From Vermamoeba vermiformis (lineage: Eukaryota): DNA of 64,000 nucleotides. Numbering within the stretch: position 1 is the first letter of the stretch; each line of letters opens with the position of its first letter. The notes under the pieces are model-generated. The model saw only the letters and a list, made by a program, of their open reading frames with translations, had not been told where the DNA came from and made no database searches. Position numbers and translations under genes: made by a program. The stretch is from assembly GCA_045837725.1 (NCBI GenBank), contig JBEWZL010000106.1:1-64000 (forward strand), read 5' to 3'. This document shows positions 25,730-38,433 of this stretch, piece by piece.

Positions 25730-26095
25730 TTTTTTCGTGTCGTTGCGGAGCTTACAATGATACTAAAGGACGCTAAATATCGTCCCCTTAAGCTGCAGTA
25801 GTGTATAGACCAAAAAGAACGCGTAATTCAAACTGTAGATTTAAAAATTTCAAACAGCAATTTTTGGCGGGAGTTTATTATTGTTCTTTGTAACGCCATT
25901 GAGAACAACACCAGTAATCTAAACCTTAGTCTTGTATAAGAGACGTGTCTAGAGCACAATCAGATTTAAAAGTTGGAATAGTTTTTGTTGTAAACAGATT
26001 TAAGCTCGGCGAAGCTGGAAACGGTCAATACCTATTATGGCGATATTACTCCTATTTTAGAATTTAAATCTATAAATAATAGAAAACAAGAATAT

Positions 26096-26296
26096 GTCTG
26101 CCTAACGGTACGGTTGCTGCGCGGTGATCAAGCAGAACCAGCTCATCTCCGACAACTAAATAGCGGTTTAGCTTTTACGCTTATTATCGCGGAGTGTGGT
26201 GCTCTAATGGAAGCTTCTCCGGAGTTTTAGCCACATCCGAACTCCGTCGTGGAATTTTCTACGGCATTCTATTAGCACGTGGCTCGAGTGTTACAC
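26096..26296 (+). ncRNA. Putative structured ncRNA/element related to the scaffold around the permuted tRNA
   Basis: Shares GTCTGCCT, a 20/23-nt block and GTGGCTC, in the same order, with 16479-16731. Equivalent terminal helix and two internal hairpins. Confidence 0.4.
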
Positions 26297-26435
26297 AAAA
26301 AAGCCCGAGTTTATTGTTTCTAGTTATTTTTCAATGCTAAGAAGGCTAACACAACAAACTACAACAGTTTTTGCTCGATCCAAGCCCGCAAACAAGCCCG
26401 TCACTTTATTTTTATTTAAACGAAACAAATCCACA

Positions 26436-27110
26436 ATGTCTGTCTCCCAAACTGTTCAAACTTTGATTAACGATAACCCCGTTATGGTTTTCTCCAAGAG
26501 CTATTGCCCGTAAGTTAATGCAAGAGATCTGCTGACAATTTTTCTAACTTTAAATTATTTTCTAGTTACTGCACTAAGGTAAAGAATTTGTTCAAGTCCC
26601 TCGGTGTTTCATATAAGGTCGTTGAGTTGGATGAAGAAGGTAATTTAATTTTAAAAATTATTTTTAATATTTTTTTCGCTGGATCTGACATTTTCATACA
26701 GCCAACGGCTCTGCTATTCAAGACGAATTGAAAAAATTGACTCATCAATCTACTGTTCCTAATGTCTTCATTGGTAAGCCTTATTCGATTAATATAAGAC
26801 CTCGCGTGACTTCGAAGTTTGTTAAAAACACGTAATTTTTATCATGCAAAGTCTTAAATTGGCCGTAATCATAGTTAGCAATATCATATTAATTATAAAT
26901 ATCTATTCGTGCCATTATTTTTATTTGCTAACATAATTTTTTTTGCGATCAGGTAAAAATCACGTTGGTGGATGTGATGGTAAGTCTCAAATTCTCGTTA
27001 AGACTAGATCATAGTATATTAATTATTGATTTATAGATACTCACGCTGCTAAGGCCAATGGCAAACTTAAGACTTTGTTGGATCAAGCTGGTGTCAAGTC
27101 TAACCTCTAA
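26436..27110 (+). CDS. Dithiol glutaredoxin (CPYC), 5 exons
   Basis: Spliced product MSVSQTVQTLINDNPVMVFSKSYCP|YCTKVK...TVPNVFI|GKNHVGGCD|D...VKSNL*. Confidence 0.95.
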
Positions 27111-27724
27111 ATCAGTCCTAATACCAATCGTATAGCTAAGCTTTATATATAGACTAGCTTCTTGTAATTAAACTCATAAATAACCATTAATACAATATTG
27201 GATCTGACAACGACTTTACTGGAGTTATCGGAGCTCGATTTGATAACCATCATGGCCCTTTTCATAGGCGATATCGCCTTTGCTTTCGCGAGAATCACTT
27301 AGCGCTTCGGCTGCAGCTATTAGAGCGTCACTGTTCTGCGCTATACAGGTCATATTGATAATAAGTTAGATCTGTGTCTCCTGCAGGCCAAACTGCATCG
27401 TTGCCTTAATATGAAAGAGTTGCATAGTACGATCTGTGATGATTGTTAGGCATCAATAATTTTGAATTCTAATCGACTAACGGAGTAAGTTAGGCACATC
27501 CGGATTTTGAACGTCGTTCAGTGTTCCTCTAATCTGTAATTCGCAGCTTAATCATGTTCTAGAACTGCGATATTAAACGAATTGAAGTACGATTGAAATC
27601 TAGAGCGTTGCTGGAATTGCAGAAATAATTTTTTTGGGTTCGTAACGAAACGGTTTGGACAGCCATAAAAACCGCACGTGCTGCTGTCAATTTATATTGC
27701 TTATACTTTGCTGTCAACTACAAC

Positions 27725-27986
27725 ATGGCTGATAATAATAATATTCCCGTGGCCAACGGTAAGTAACGAATTTAATGTTTAACGGCCGTGGGATGCGCAA
27801 AAAAATAATAGAACGGTTTGTCTAATGATTATTATCGTAGTGCTTATTCCGCCTCCAGCTCGTATGTTAAATCCTACGAGCGGCAAAGATGGATTTGATG
27901 TCCTAGAACCGCCTCAAGTAATTCCACAAAAGGTTGAAAACTCACCGCCACCACCCCCTCCTCCACAACAAAAGAATAAGAAATAA
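27725..27986 (+). CDS. Small (about 59 aa) proline-rich protein, 2 exons
   Basis: ATG in CAAC context, canonical gtaagt...ctaat...tag intron. Reads MADNNNIPVANVLIPPPARML...SPPPPPPPQQKNKK*. Confidence 0.55.
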
Positions 27987-28515
27987 TGTACTAATTTATC
28001 ATAATTATAGTAGTGTATTTTATCGGGCCGTTTGGAACTAATAAATTAATTAATTAAATTTCCAATTTTTTTTTCTGCAGATTGAGGACCGATTTAAGCG
28101 TATTATATTAATACGCTATTATATTGTAAATATGCTGATATATTAACGTACTTTTAGCATTGATTGTTGTCGAAGAGCGGACTTGTAGGTAACTCACTGA
28201 CGGATCATTAACTTGGAGTTAACGAACGCTCTCCTCTGCCTTAGCTAATATATATACTCTTCTTGTTAATAGCATTTCATAATCACGTAATGGTGTTGCG
28301 CAGGTTCCTTTCGCAAACCATTATTTCTAGCGGACAAAAAAAAACGGAATGGCAACGTAGGTATCCTACGTAGAAAAAAAACGAAGAGTAAAACGAGTTA
28401 GTATTTAATATTATCTTAACAATAGAAGGCCACAAAAGCAACAAAAAAATGCCGAAACAACAAACAAGAAGTACGACGTTATTAATCGCGTCAATTTCAG
28501 CGCTTTGTTTGACCG

Positions 28516-28971
28516 GTGCTGGCCGTGGTGACGATTAGTCCCCTTATGTTAGAAGTCTTCTTAAATATAGTCTTACCTCATGGCGGTCATTCGCCCACAT
28601 CAGAATGGACAACTTTCGCCTTTGGAGTCAGTTTCGTATGGGCCTTCGGATTGTACATCGTCCCATATAACATCTTTATCTCTATACTTGGAGCTGCCGC
28701 TATTCTCGGTATCATTGGATCACGCGGCAACAATCCTAAAGTCCTACAGGCAGCCGCTGTTTTGAGCGGATTTGGATTCACGATCTGCTGCTTCGACACT
28801 TACTTGAACTTGGCTGGCTTATTCTTCTACGGCAGTGGTAGTATTGGCTATTATTGTGCTTGTATCGTTGTTGTTGCTCGCGCACTGCTATTTAGTGCTG
28901 TCATGGTCCTGTCACTACAACGAAGACAATCGTTGAACGGAACTCATCAAAACTTAATAAAACTGGCCTGA
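28516..28971 (+). CDS. Small multi-pass membrane protein (5' end unresolved)
   Basis: ORF with 4-5 hydrophobic segments. Possible upstream exons near 28349-28470 could not be joined in frame. Confidence 0.5.
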   Translation: MLAVVTISPLMLEVFLNIVLPHGGHSPTSEWTTFAFGVSFVWAFGLYIVPYNIFISILGAAAILGIIGSRGNNPKVLQAAAVLSGFGFTICCFDTYLNLAGLFFYGSGSIGYYCACIVVVARALLFSAVMVLSLQRRQSLNGTHQNLIKLA

Positions 28972-29475
28972 ATACGATCGACCCTTGTAAAGTACCTGCA
29001 ATTAGGTATTAGATCCTATTAAAATAAGCTATATTTACGTACTTTTCTCTTCGACAATAAGATCGGGATCCCTCAACAAATGCAATGAATTTCAACTTCA
29101 TTCTCCTTGTTTATCGCTAATAACAGATTCTTTGTCTGTTTATTATTATATTCGAATATTACATGAACGTTTTGTTTGCTGTGTTCGAAGGCTCCGTTGT
29201 TTTTTGTTGGTATTATTTGACCGCATCTTTTTGTGCAGCAAATAATTATTGATTATTATTATTGATCGTACTAATATTGCTATATTATATACGATTACTG
29301 CTCACTATAAGCGTATTCTTACATACCAAAAAGTGAGTACGTTTTTTTGTTCGTTATTATTATTGAGTTTGTTTTCTATCCGCTGAGTTTGTTATTGTTG
29401 TTTTTTTGAGTTGATTTTGATTAAATTTACAGTGCAAAAATAAATAAATAAATTTTAAAATCGAGAATTCTTCGT

Positions 29476-32400
29476 CAGTCATTCGCGGTCCTATAAAAAT
29501 AATTCAGTTAGCACGATCAGCGTTTAAATTAATATTTGCATGATATATGATACGTATAATACGATTATAATTAAGATATTATTTGCGTTTGCGGAGCAGA
29601 TCTAGCGACGTACCTGAAAAAATCAAGATTCCTCGAAACAACGAATGTATCTCGCTGTATTTTAATGTACAATGCCGTGCATTGCCCCAAAGCAGTATCC
29701 GCCCATGAGAACGTCACGTCGGCCATTTCAGACCTCTCTGCGTTATCGGGATCCGGCAGAGTTATTGTCGCTTTTGCAGTTCGATCCACCATTAACTTGC
29801 TAACACAAACTACTTCTTGGTACATCAACATCATGTCTGGTTGATGTGGCCTATCGAGTGTAATGCTATAAAATGTAACTTCGTCTTTTCCTTCTTCAAA
29901 TTTCATCGCTATAAGGTTCCACGTGTCTTTAACGCCCATAAAACCAAGCGAGTTCCATTTAATATCGGAATAGAATAGGCCTATTAAATGATATTAGCAT
30001 GATTGTATATAGTGCCTATTAAATTTGACAAGAAGTAATTCAATAGTAATTTCAAAAAATTTGATTCATGACAGTTGTTCGAATCCGATCCATTCATGGA
30101 AAACTAATAGATAAACAATTATCTCTCTTATTTGATAGGAATCACTATTCAATAGTTCTATTGAATTGTTTGCCAAATCTTGAAGATTATACTCGCGCTT
30201 GTGAGTTTTAGATCAGATCAATAAAAATCTTTTTAGATAGCCGACCAATCAATTCATATTAATATAACTACGCTTACCTTTAGGTGTCGGACGCACTGCC
30301 AAGAATCCCGGACTTTCTTTGACAACCGCCACGCTTTGCGGCTGTTGTTCCAACAACGCGACCAGACCTTGGATCCCGTAATACCTGCGTTATTAAGAGC
30401 AGTGTTAGTAACGATATTGCTATACTTGCAAAAGTATATGTGTCCCGAATTGAATCACATCCCTTTGATTCTGTTTCTAATCGGAAGTAGATCGCGCTTC
30501 AGGCGGATCTTTGTGCAACCGGCGGAGTATTACAAAAGCGTATTTAAGCCCGAAACATACCTTGCTTCCTGAGCCAACTCCATGCGGTCCTGTAGTGAGG
30601 AGGGCAGGACTAGTGCACCCTCACGTAAGTAATTCAAAATGTACCGAAAGTGAGTTGGATCTCGGTCAAAAAAGTATCGGCCGTCAGCGTCCCTAAACAC
30701 GTTTCAATATTAATAATATGATTCACATCCGTGTAAATGCTTGGGAAATTGCGCGAAACAAATTACGTGATTCGTTAGCAAGGTCTCAAAAAAAAACAAG
30801 TGATTCCAATTAAGATTTTCAGTGAACGAGGCCGATTGAATAATTACTTTTCATTTGCATTGAAATTACGTTCAAGTTAATTAAGCCTATTTAATTAAAT
30901 CCCTCGTTCAACTGTTTCCGTAGAATTAAAATAATAAACCATTTCAAATGCCCGAAATTCGCTGGCAGGTGTTAACTATTCTTTTTAAGGAAATGTCATA
31001 CACACGCCAGCGGTACTCGAAGAGTTTTCGGGGCTTGAATTGCGTGTGAGAAAAGTAAGATGTTAAACCTCCGATTAATTAACGCTATAATTGGCCTCGG
31101 AAGGGTAATTTGATCTGGATCTTATTCATTTCAAAATTGAATTAATGACTTTGATGCATTACCTTGCTGCGCCAGGTTGTATCGTTAGCAAAGTGACCTC
31201 TCTTGCCAAAGTTAAAGTCGTCGTAGTAAAGATCTGAATTAAATTGAATAATACCAAATTAGTAAAATTCAAACTGGAATCTTGTACATAATAATATGAG
31301 CTCTCTGGTCATCATATAATGCTCATACTAACGCGTCGTCATCACTGACGGATAAATACGATTTTAACAATAAAACTACGTTGCGAATCGCCGCTGATTT
31401 ACGAGTTTGATAGCTTTTGTGTGGGTGATTCAAAAAGCATAAAAAATGCCTTAAAAGGCCTAATCGACATTACTTAAGCCGATATCGGCTCATTAGCCCG
31501 CTTACCTTGCCACCAATGTTTAGTTCAACGATTGACGGATCCGCTACTTGCCCAAGAGATTTTCGCAAGTTGTTGGTTCGTTTTTTCTTAGTAGGACCAT
31601 TAGTCATCTCCATACCATCATATTGTTTTCGTTTAGGCGTTCCATTGATCAATTGAGACTCGCCACTGCTCGGCGAAGAAACCGGCGTCGGATTCAGACC
31701 AGGAGGAGAACTAAAAACGGAAACAAAGCGTTAATTCATGTGCTGAATATGCTATATGCGCCACTAGCCCGCACGCGTTAAATTAGTAACTCATACGCAT
31801 GAGATTACGCCATAGATTTTCGTTGTGTAACGAGGCAAAATAAAAAAAATCTACGGAGAAAAAGAAAATAAAAAAGGAATCGGCAGAAGTACAAGTATGG
31901 TACTTTAAGGCATGGTCTCTAAGGCAATACGATCGCTCGCATGAAAGAGACCTTTGGGTCCAATAGCTGTATCTCGAAATCGAGATTTTAGAAATTTTCC
32001 CAAAATAGCCTTAGCTTTAGTACCATACCCGAAAATAAGCCGAATAGCGAGGGGACCTAACTATAGAACTCTATAATACGGTTTCTTACCTCGCTGGATT
32101 CATTAGAATTTGGCTAGAACTCAATTCGAGTCCGATCGCTGGTTCTTGCGAATTCTCGTCGCCTTCTTCGCCGCGCTTTTCTCTTTTAGCTTGGTTGTTT
32201 ATATTAGAGCTGCATTGATAACACACGCCCCTAAGATTGCAAAAATAAATTAGTTTGAATTACTTGATCGCTTTGGATCGTGTTATGGATGATTAAAAAT
32301 TATTTGGACGCGTTCTATGGACCTGCAATAAGCTATCCCATTGTCTTTCGCGTAGTACATATAAGAAAAGATAAATATGAAACCGAATCACAGCGTCAAT

Positions 32401-32674
32401 AGGCCAAACAACGAAAAATAAGTCTATTGTTAGTGAATCTCCCACTAAATTCAAATTTAGAAGAATTATGGCCTTGCATTATTAATACTCATTCGAGTAT
32501 ATTGCATATTTTAGTATTAAATAATAGCTATTGGCAGGGAGAGTAAAATTATTGGATTTTACTTAAAACTGTTTTTGCTTACCTCTCGTGTTCAACTCTA
32601 TCTATATGAGGGCAATCATGAGGTCTGGGGTGTTTAATAGGCCTTCCACGCTGTCTTAACGAAGTACCTGACAT
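29476..32674 (-). CDS. AT-hook + Cys/His zinc-finger-like + KCTD-type BTB (T1) domain protein, multi-exon
   Basis: Spliced product MSGTSLRQRGRPIKH..DCPHIDRVEHER|GVCYQC...IVELNIGGK|IFTTTTLTL...|DADGRYFFDRDPTHFRYILNYLR...ELAQEAR|YYGIQGLV. Confidence 0.8.
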
Positions 32675-33649
32675 CAATCATTTCTGTTCAGAAAAGGATT
32701 AGCTTTCAAATCCACAAAAATCCGTGATTATCTTTCATAAAATTTATCCGAATCGAATCCACATTATTTAGCATCATTATTAACATTATGAGACCAATTA
32801 TTTTTGTTATTTTAATAGATTTGGTTGTACACGATCCACCATAACACAAATAATTTGCATCCATACCTAATAAGAGGACCCGCGGGTGGTCAAATAGTTA
32901 AGGTGTGGTAGCAAACGCTTGGAACTGATACGAAATGAACCAATTAAATTGTTCCGAAACAGTCGGGGACAAAACGTCATAGAGCACACTAAAATTTCAT
33001 TTCACGTGGTTAGGGACGACGTATGACAGTTACCAATTAGAATTGCACGCTCCCGACAAGATTCTATTCAATTAAATCACTGTTATGGAAAGAAGAAGAA
33101 TAGTATATTCACGAGAAGGGACGGGATCGGTCATATAACGGGATCCGTTTAGTGCATTCAATGAAATTCAATTCATCCATGGTCTGTTGCATGCACAGTA
33201 GTTTGTACAAGATATACAGAAGCTGTTTACTGAGTTTTCGGCAACTACTTGCCAAATTTAGTAACGTAAGTGCATTCGATACGCACGGAAGAACCAGATC
33301 ACCGGATAACCTCCTCAAACTGCGGAAATAAATTAATGATACTACCGCGGTCACTCGGTAGTATTAAATTACGATTATGTAATCTCTAATCTCTTTCAGC
33401 AGTGTCGCGCGGGTTGCCAGATAAATCTCGCATTATCTGCCGAAATAATTGATGGGCCCCAGATATTTATCTCCTTTGTGATCTCTACGGCACTCTTTTA
33501 AGACCACCATACTCGAGATTTTGTTCGGGAAACGAAACAAATTTAATTTTTAATGTACACACGCTCAGCTTGCTTCGCCAACAAGACAAAAAGTACGAAG
33601 AACGGCCGACACGCAAAAAAATTCTCGCAAAAAGTATGGTGATGATATA

Positions 33650-36600
33650 TTACTGGTGCACTTCTCTCGTGCTTCGATTTGATTTGTTCTTTGAGCTGCT
33701 CGATCCAGCGGAATCCATAGAAACTTTGGAACCGGATGCTTTCGAATGACGGCTGGAGCGTGAATCTTCGCTCGGAGTACCACTATGCGAGCCAGAGCCC
33801 TCTCGTGCAGAATCTCTCTTAGTGGAAGATCGTTTCTTACGCTGCTAAAAAGTTTATGAGTAAAAGTTTATCCGACAGACTAGTTCACAATGTTTATCCG
33901 AAATAAGGCACTATATAGTGATGTATTTGTGATAAAGTTATTACGGGATTTCTAGCGAGGATCAAATAAATGAAAAAACTTTTGGATCCAGATCTGGATG
34001 TGCACGAAGCTTACCTTAGGACTACGGTCTCGTTCGCTCGAGCCACTCTTAGCACTAACACTGCTTGCGCTCTTCTTTACGACATCCACTTGTGACTCTT
34101 TTTTGTGCATTTCGTGAGCAGATTGAGAGACCTTAACAGGCGTGTTCACCTTGCCGTTGCTATCATGGTCGTTGCTCGACTTCAACTCGTTGTCGTGTTT
34201 CAACTCATCCAGCGAATCATTGTGATATCCAGAGCTCGAATTATAGCTATTCGTGCTATCTGAAGTCATTTGGTTCGTGGTTGAGGAGTTCGTGGTCGAA
34301 TCGGTCGTTGAGGATTGGATCTTGCGTTCTTTGATCTCGCGGAAGATATTCAATATTTCCTCATCACCAATAGTGGTCTGTTGCAATAAAACGATTAAAG
34401 ATTGTCCGTGATACTGGCATAATGTAGATCACGTAGATCTCACAAAATTAATACTTGGATTGAAACTATGTCTGATATCATGTTAATATCGCAACTATAC
34501 GTACCTTAGCGTTAACTATGAATGGGTGTTCTAATAAATTACGAGCGGTTGGACGTTCTTTTGGATCCATTTTCAGACAGCATGAAACAAAGTCGTTGAA
34601 CTCCTTGCTGAATCGACCAGGATTGCTTAATGTCGGTACCTTGCCCTATAATCAAACTCATTAATACAACTTATAAATCGTTAGCATTGCAAGATATCAC
34701 ACCACGGGCATTTAATTGAAAAAAAGATTCGATCTGCTCCGCATTAAAAGATGAAAATAATACAGAAATTAAGAATGGCTATATAAGGTTATTTGACGCA
34801 CCTGGCTAATGCCTAACATGATTGCATAGGGATTAGTGTCCTTGAATGGAGTAGACTTTTCGGCCAATTCAATAGCGGTGATTCCGAGGGACCAAATATC
34901 CGCCTTTTGGTTATAGCCCTCCTCTTTGAATATTTCTGGCGCCATCCAGCTAAAAATAGAAACGTAAATTTGATGATTCAGCAGAAAACTCCGGATAACA
35001 TAAAAAACCAATCAACGGAACATTAAGATTGTCTTATATGTCTATTATAGTCACGTTACTTACCTAGGAGTACCAACAATCGTATTTTTCAATTTATCTT
35101 CGATGAGTTTGCTGGCAATGCTGAAATCGGCTATAATTAAAGTTTAGTATTGTGTACTTTGACCAGTAAATTGCAACGTACCAATCTTAATTTTAGCATA
35201 TGACGTTAACAATAAGTTGGCCGCTTTGACGTCACGATGGATCTTGCCGTTTTCGTGGATGTATGCTAAACCGGACAAAACTTGAATCAAGATAGTAGCA
35301 AGTGCGTTCTCGGATAACATCTTATTCGTCTTCTTTAAGAACGAGTCAATAGCACCTCCCTTGCAATACTCCATTACAATCTGAAATCACGCAGTTAGCA
35401 AAAGAACGGAGCTGCATTTAACCAAATAAGGTAAAATTTCGCGTTTACACCCCCAATAAAAACATTTGCAAAGCATGCTTAAAGAAATGAAACGGTTAGT
35501 ATAACACATACCCAGTGCGTATTCTCGTGCTGGTAACATCCATAATATTGGATCACGTTTGGATGTGCCATTGCTTTCAATAGCTCGACTTCGTTTACCA
35601 AGCCATCAAATGAAGAATGAAGGATCTTAACAGCAACAAGGTGGTTATTAGCCTTGAATCGTGCCTTATGTACGCGTCCATAAGCCCTACAAATAGATTT
35701 TTAATAAATCTAAAAATAGCCCGTAAAATTCTCTCGATCTAATGAAAACCGCCATGGCGGAAGAATACGTACCCTGTTCCAAGGAGCCTTCCTAATATGA
35801 ACAACTTGGTTGGGTTTGCTGAGAATACCAAAGCTCCTTTTCTATTTTTAGTAAAGAATATGGTTAGCAATTTTATATTCACTGAACGTGGCACAGATCC
35901 ACGGGCAATTGTTCGTTTTCCGATAAGCTCCGCGTGTTCCAATTACTTAACGTTATAGCAACAATACTTACAGGTCAAGCTCGCCACGTAATAACTTGTT
36001 CTCAGTTTCCAACATCCGCAATCGTTCTTTCAGCTGCGTAATATCTTCATCACCTACATCCGAGCTCGAACCTTCTATCTGCTGTCGAGGTTATAAATAA
36101 GAAGAGTTGAATAATTAATCTATTGGAGTTCAAAAAAGAATTTCGGATCTTTTTCAAAAAAGCAATCGGAGATTTGTAAGATCTCTTAGTTGATCTTATT
36201 CAGCTTTCAAATGCATATATTCGTATTAAAGAGTATTTGTCCGATCGTTGGTACCTTTTTTTGTTGTCTAAAAGTGGCGATAAAGGTCGTTTGGCCTTCT
36301 TTGTTAAGCTCTCCCAACGAGATCTCGACTAATTAATAAATTCATCGTTAGTATTGCACAGAATAGTACGTTTACGATGAATAATCTTTTTAGTATGCGA
36401 AAATCGACACATTCAGTGAACAATATCTTCCAGATCCGATCAGATCAAAAATTATTTTGAACTTACCATCCAGAGGATTGCCATCTTTGTGCTTTCCTCG
36501 GACTATACGCCTAATACCAATAAGCCTACGCTCGCCAGTTCGATGGTAGTTGTCGATCCAACGGTCATGCCTACAATTTGCAAGGATTAGAATAAAAGTT

Positions 36601-37457
36601 AAAAATTGTGTTTAGCACATCCGCAGAAAATTTGGCAACAAAATCAAGTGCCAAACTAATCGTTGTAATTATGATAATACTATCGTGCTTACTTTCTCGC
36701 TAAATCATCAACCATTAGCTCTTTTACGTTTTGACCCACCATCTCGCTCTTTTTGTAACTAGTAAATACGCATTAATTCCGTTACCGTTGATTACGGGCT
36801 ATTTATGCAACATATAAACGCTATTTATCGTGCTTACCCGAAGAGTTGTTCAGCTGCCGCGTTGAATCCAATAATCGTTCCTTCGCGATTACTCATAACA
36901 ACCGCATCATTAATGTTCTCGAGCGTATCTTCGATAGAAAGGCTTTGCGTGCACCCAGCAGTCTATAATATTCGCAAGTTAATATAATTTTGAGATTGAT
37001 TATCAGATCCGAACCAGAAAAGTAAAAATAAGAATTACGCAAATAAGACTAGATCTGAAGCGCTAATCATGACTGAATTGTAAAATTATATATTTAGCTT
37101 TAAATAAAGCAAATAAGGTTAATAATAGGCCGTGAAATCAACCCCGGCCCCGATAAATTAATATTTAATTCTCGTTCTTACTTGAATAGTCCGGATCCAT
37201 CGCTCAACCTCCTCTTTGCTTTTGCATTGGAAGAATATAAACTGCTTAGATTTGCCGAATATACCAAAGCTGTACTGTTTTTTGGTCAATCTCTCGGCAT
37301 CTTGCACTACCGTATCATTGAGCGTGATAGTTTGCTTAGGCTTGCGTGCGTCGTGTCGTGAATATATTTTGAGCTCATGTCCTTCCAATCTGACGTAGAC
37401 TGTCTTCCATTTGCCCCAGACACCTTTTTTCTCTAGATATCCTTCCAGTTTCTCCAT
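33650..37457 (-). CDS. PH + FixL-like PAS + STE20-family Ser/Thr kinase, multi-exon
   Basis: PH domain (EGYLEKKG..WK..ERWIRTI). PAS domain (DAVVMSNREGTIIGFNAAAEQLFGY..VGQNVKELM..HDRWIDNY). Kinase motifs HRDVKAANLL, VGTPSWMAPE, DIWSLGITAIELAE. Ser-rich tail. Confidence 0.9.
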
Positions 37458-38433
37458 CTGGCTCTAACAAGGCTTCAACTATATTACTACAAATATATTA
37501 TATGTACATAAACTATAAAATGGTGTGAAGCCTGTTGTGGTCGTCGAAGAAGGGCAAAAATAGTATACCGAGTGGAGAAAATTTTGTGCCGCTTGCCCGA
37601 GGATAGAAATTCACCACGTGGCTCGGATCACGTACGCCGCAGGACGGCGCTGAATGGACAGACTCGTGAAATATAAACCAAATGTCAAGGTAGAATGTGT
37701 GCGTCAGATTCGAGAGTAGCAAATGTAAGATGAGCGAGCTTCAGGGCAGAACTATTGGACCAAACAAATCTTGACTAGTAATTTGAGACTACTTGCTAGT
37801 AATTTCTATCGTGAAATTGCAAAATAAGCTGCTGTAACAGCATTATAATCAATTTTTCGGTATTATTCGATGCGTAAATCCTAAAAACTCGTTCGCGCGA
37901 CTTAAATTCCATTTCCTTTAGCCTAAACAAGCCGTGGCAATGTATAATTACGTAGGTATGCTTCATATTGAATTCCGCGCCTCCGTGCTCATCTCAAATG
38001 CAACGGCTGGCTGCATCGGGACCCTTCTTACTGGGCTCGTGTTTGTGGCCATAAATCTAAATTAGGCAATCGGATGGTGTCTTATGTAATGTGCGCGGTC
38101 TGGTGTTTGTCTCCAAGCTCGTGATAATTAGCCCAAACAAGGCAACAAACCTAAATTGTCTTGAAACGGTCGTTTTTGTTATTACTCGCACAGATCACCA
38201 GCAAACACATAACGTGCTCGTGTATTTATAGCACGTATTTAATATACAACAGATTAGTTAGGCCCTTAGAAACAGCTAGTCCGTTACGAATCAAAAAAAA
38301 CCGCCAAGCGATTCAGATTCGATAGTATCAAGCTCAATACGGATTACTATAGACGATTGGATTGATATATATTTGCATTTGGATGATTTAGTGCAATCAC
38401 TATTATAAAACAACGCAGACAGAATAAGATAAA

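Noticed and set aside
27215-27670. Possible small minus-strand gene between glutaredoxin and the microprotein
   Set aside because: Candidate exons hit stop codons when joined.
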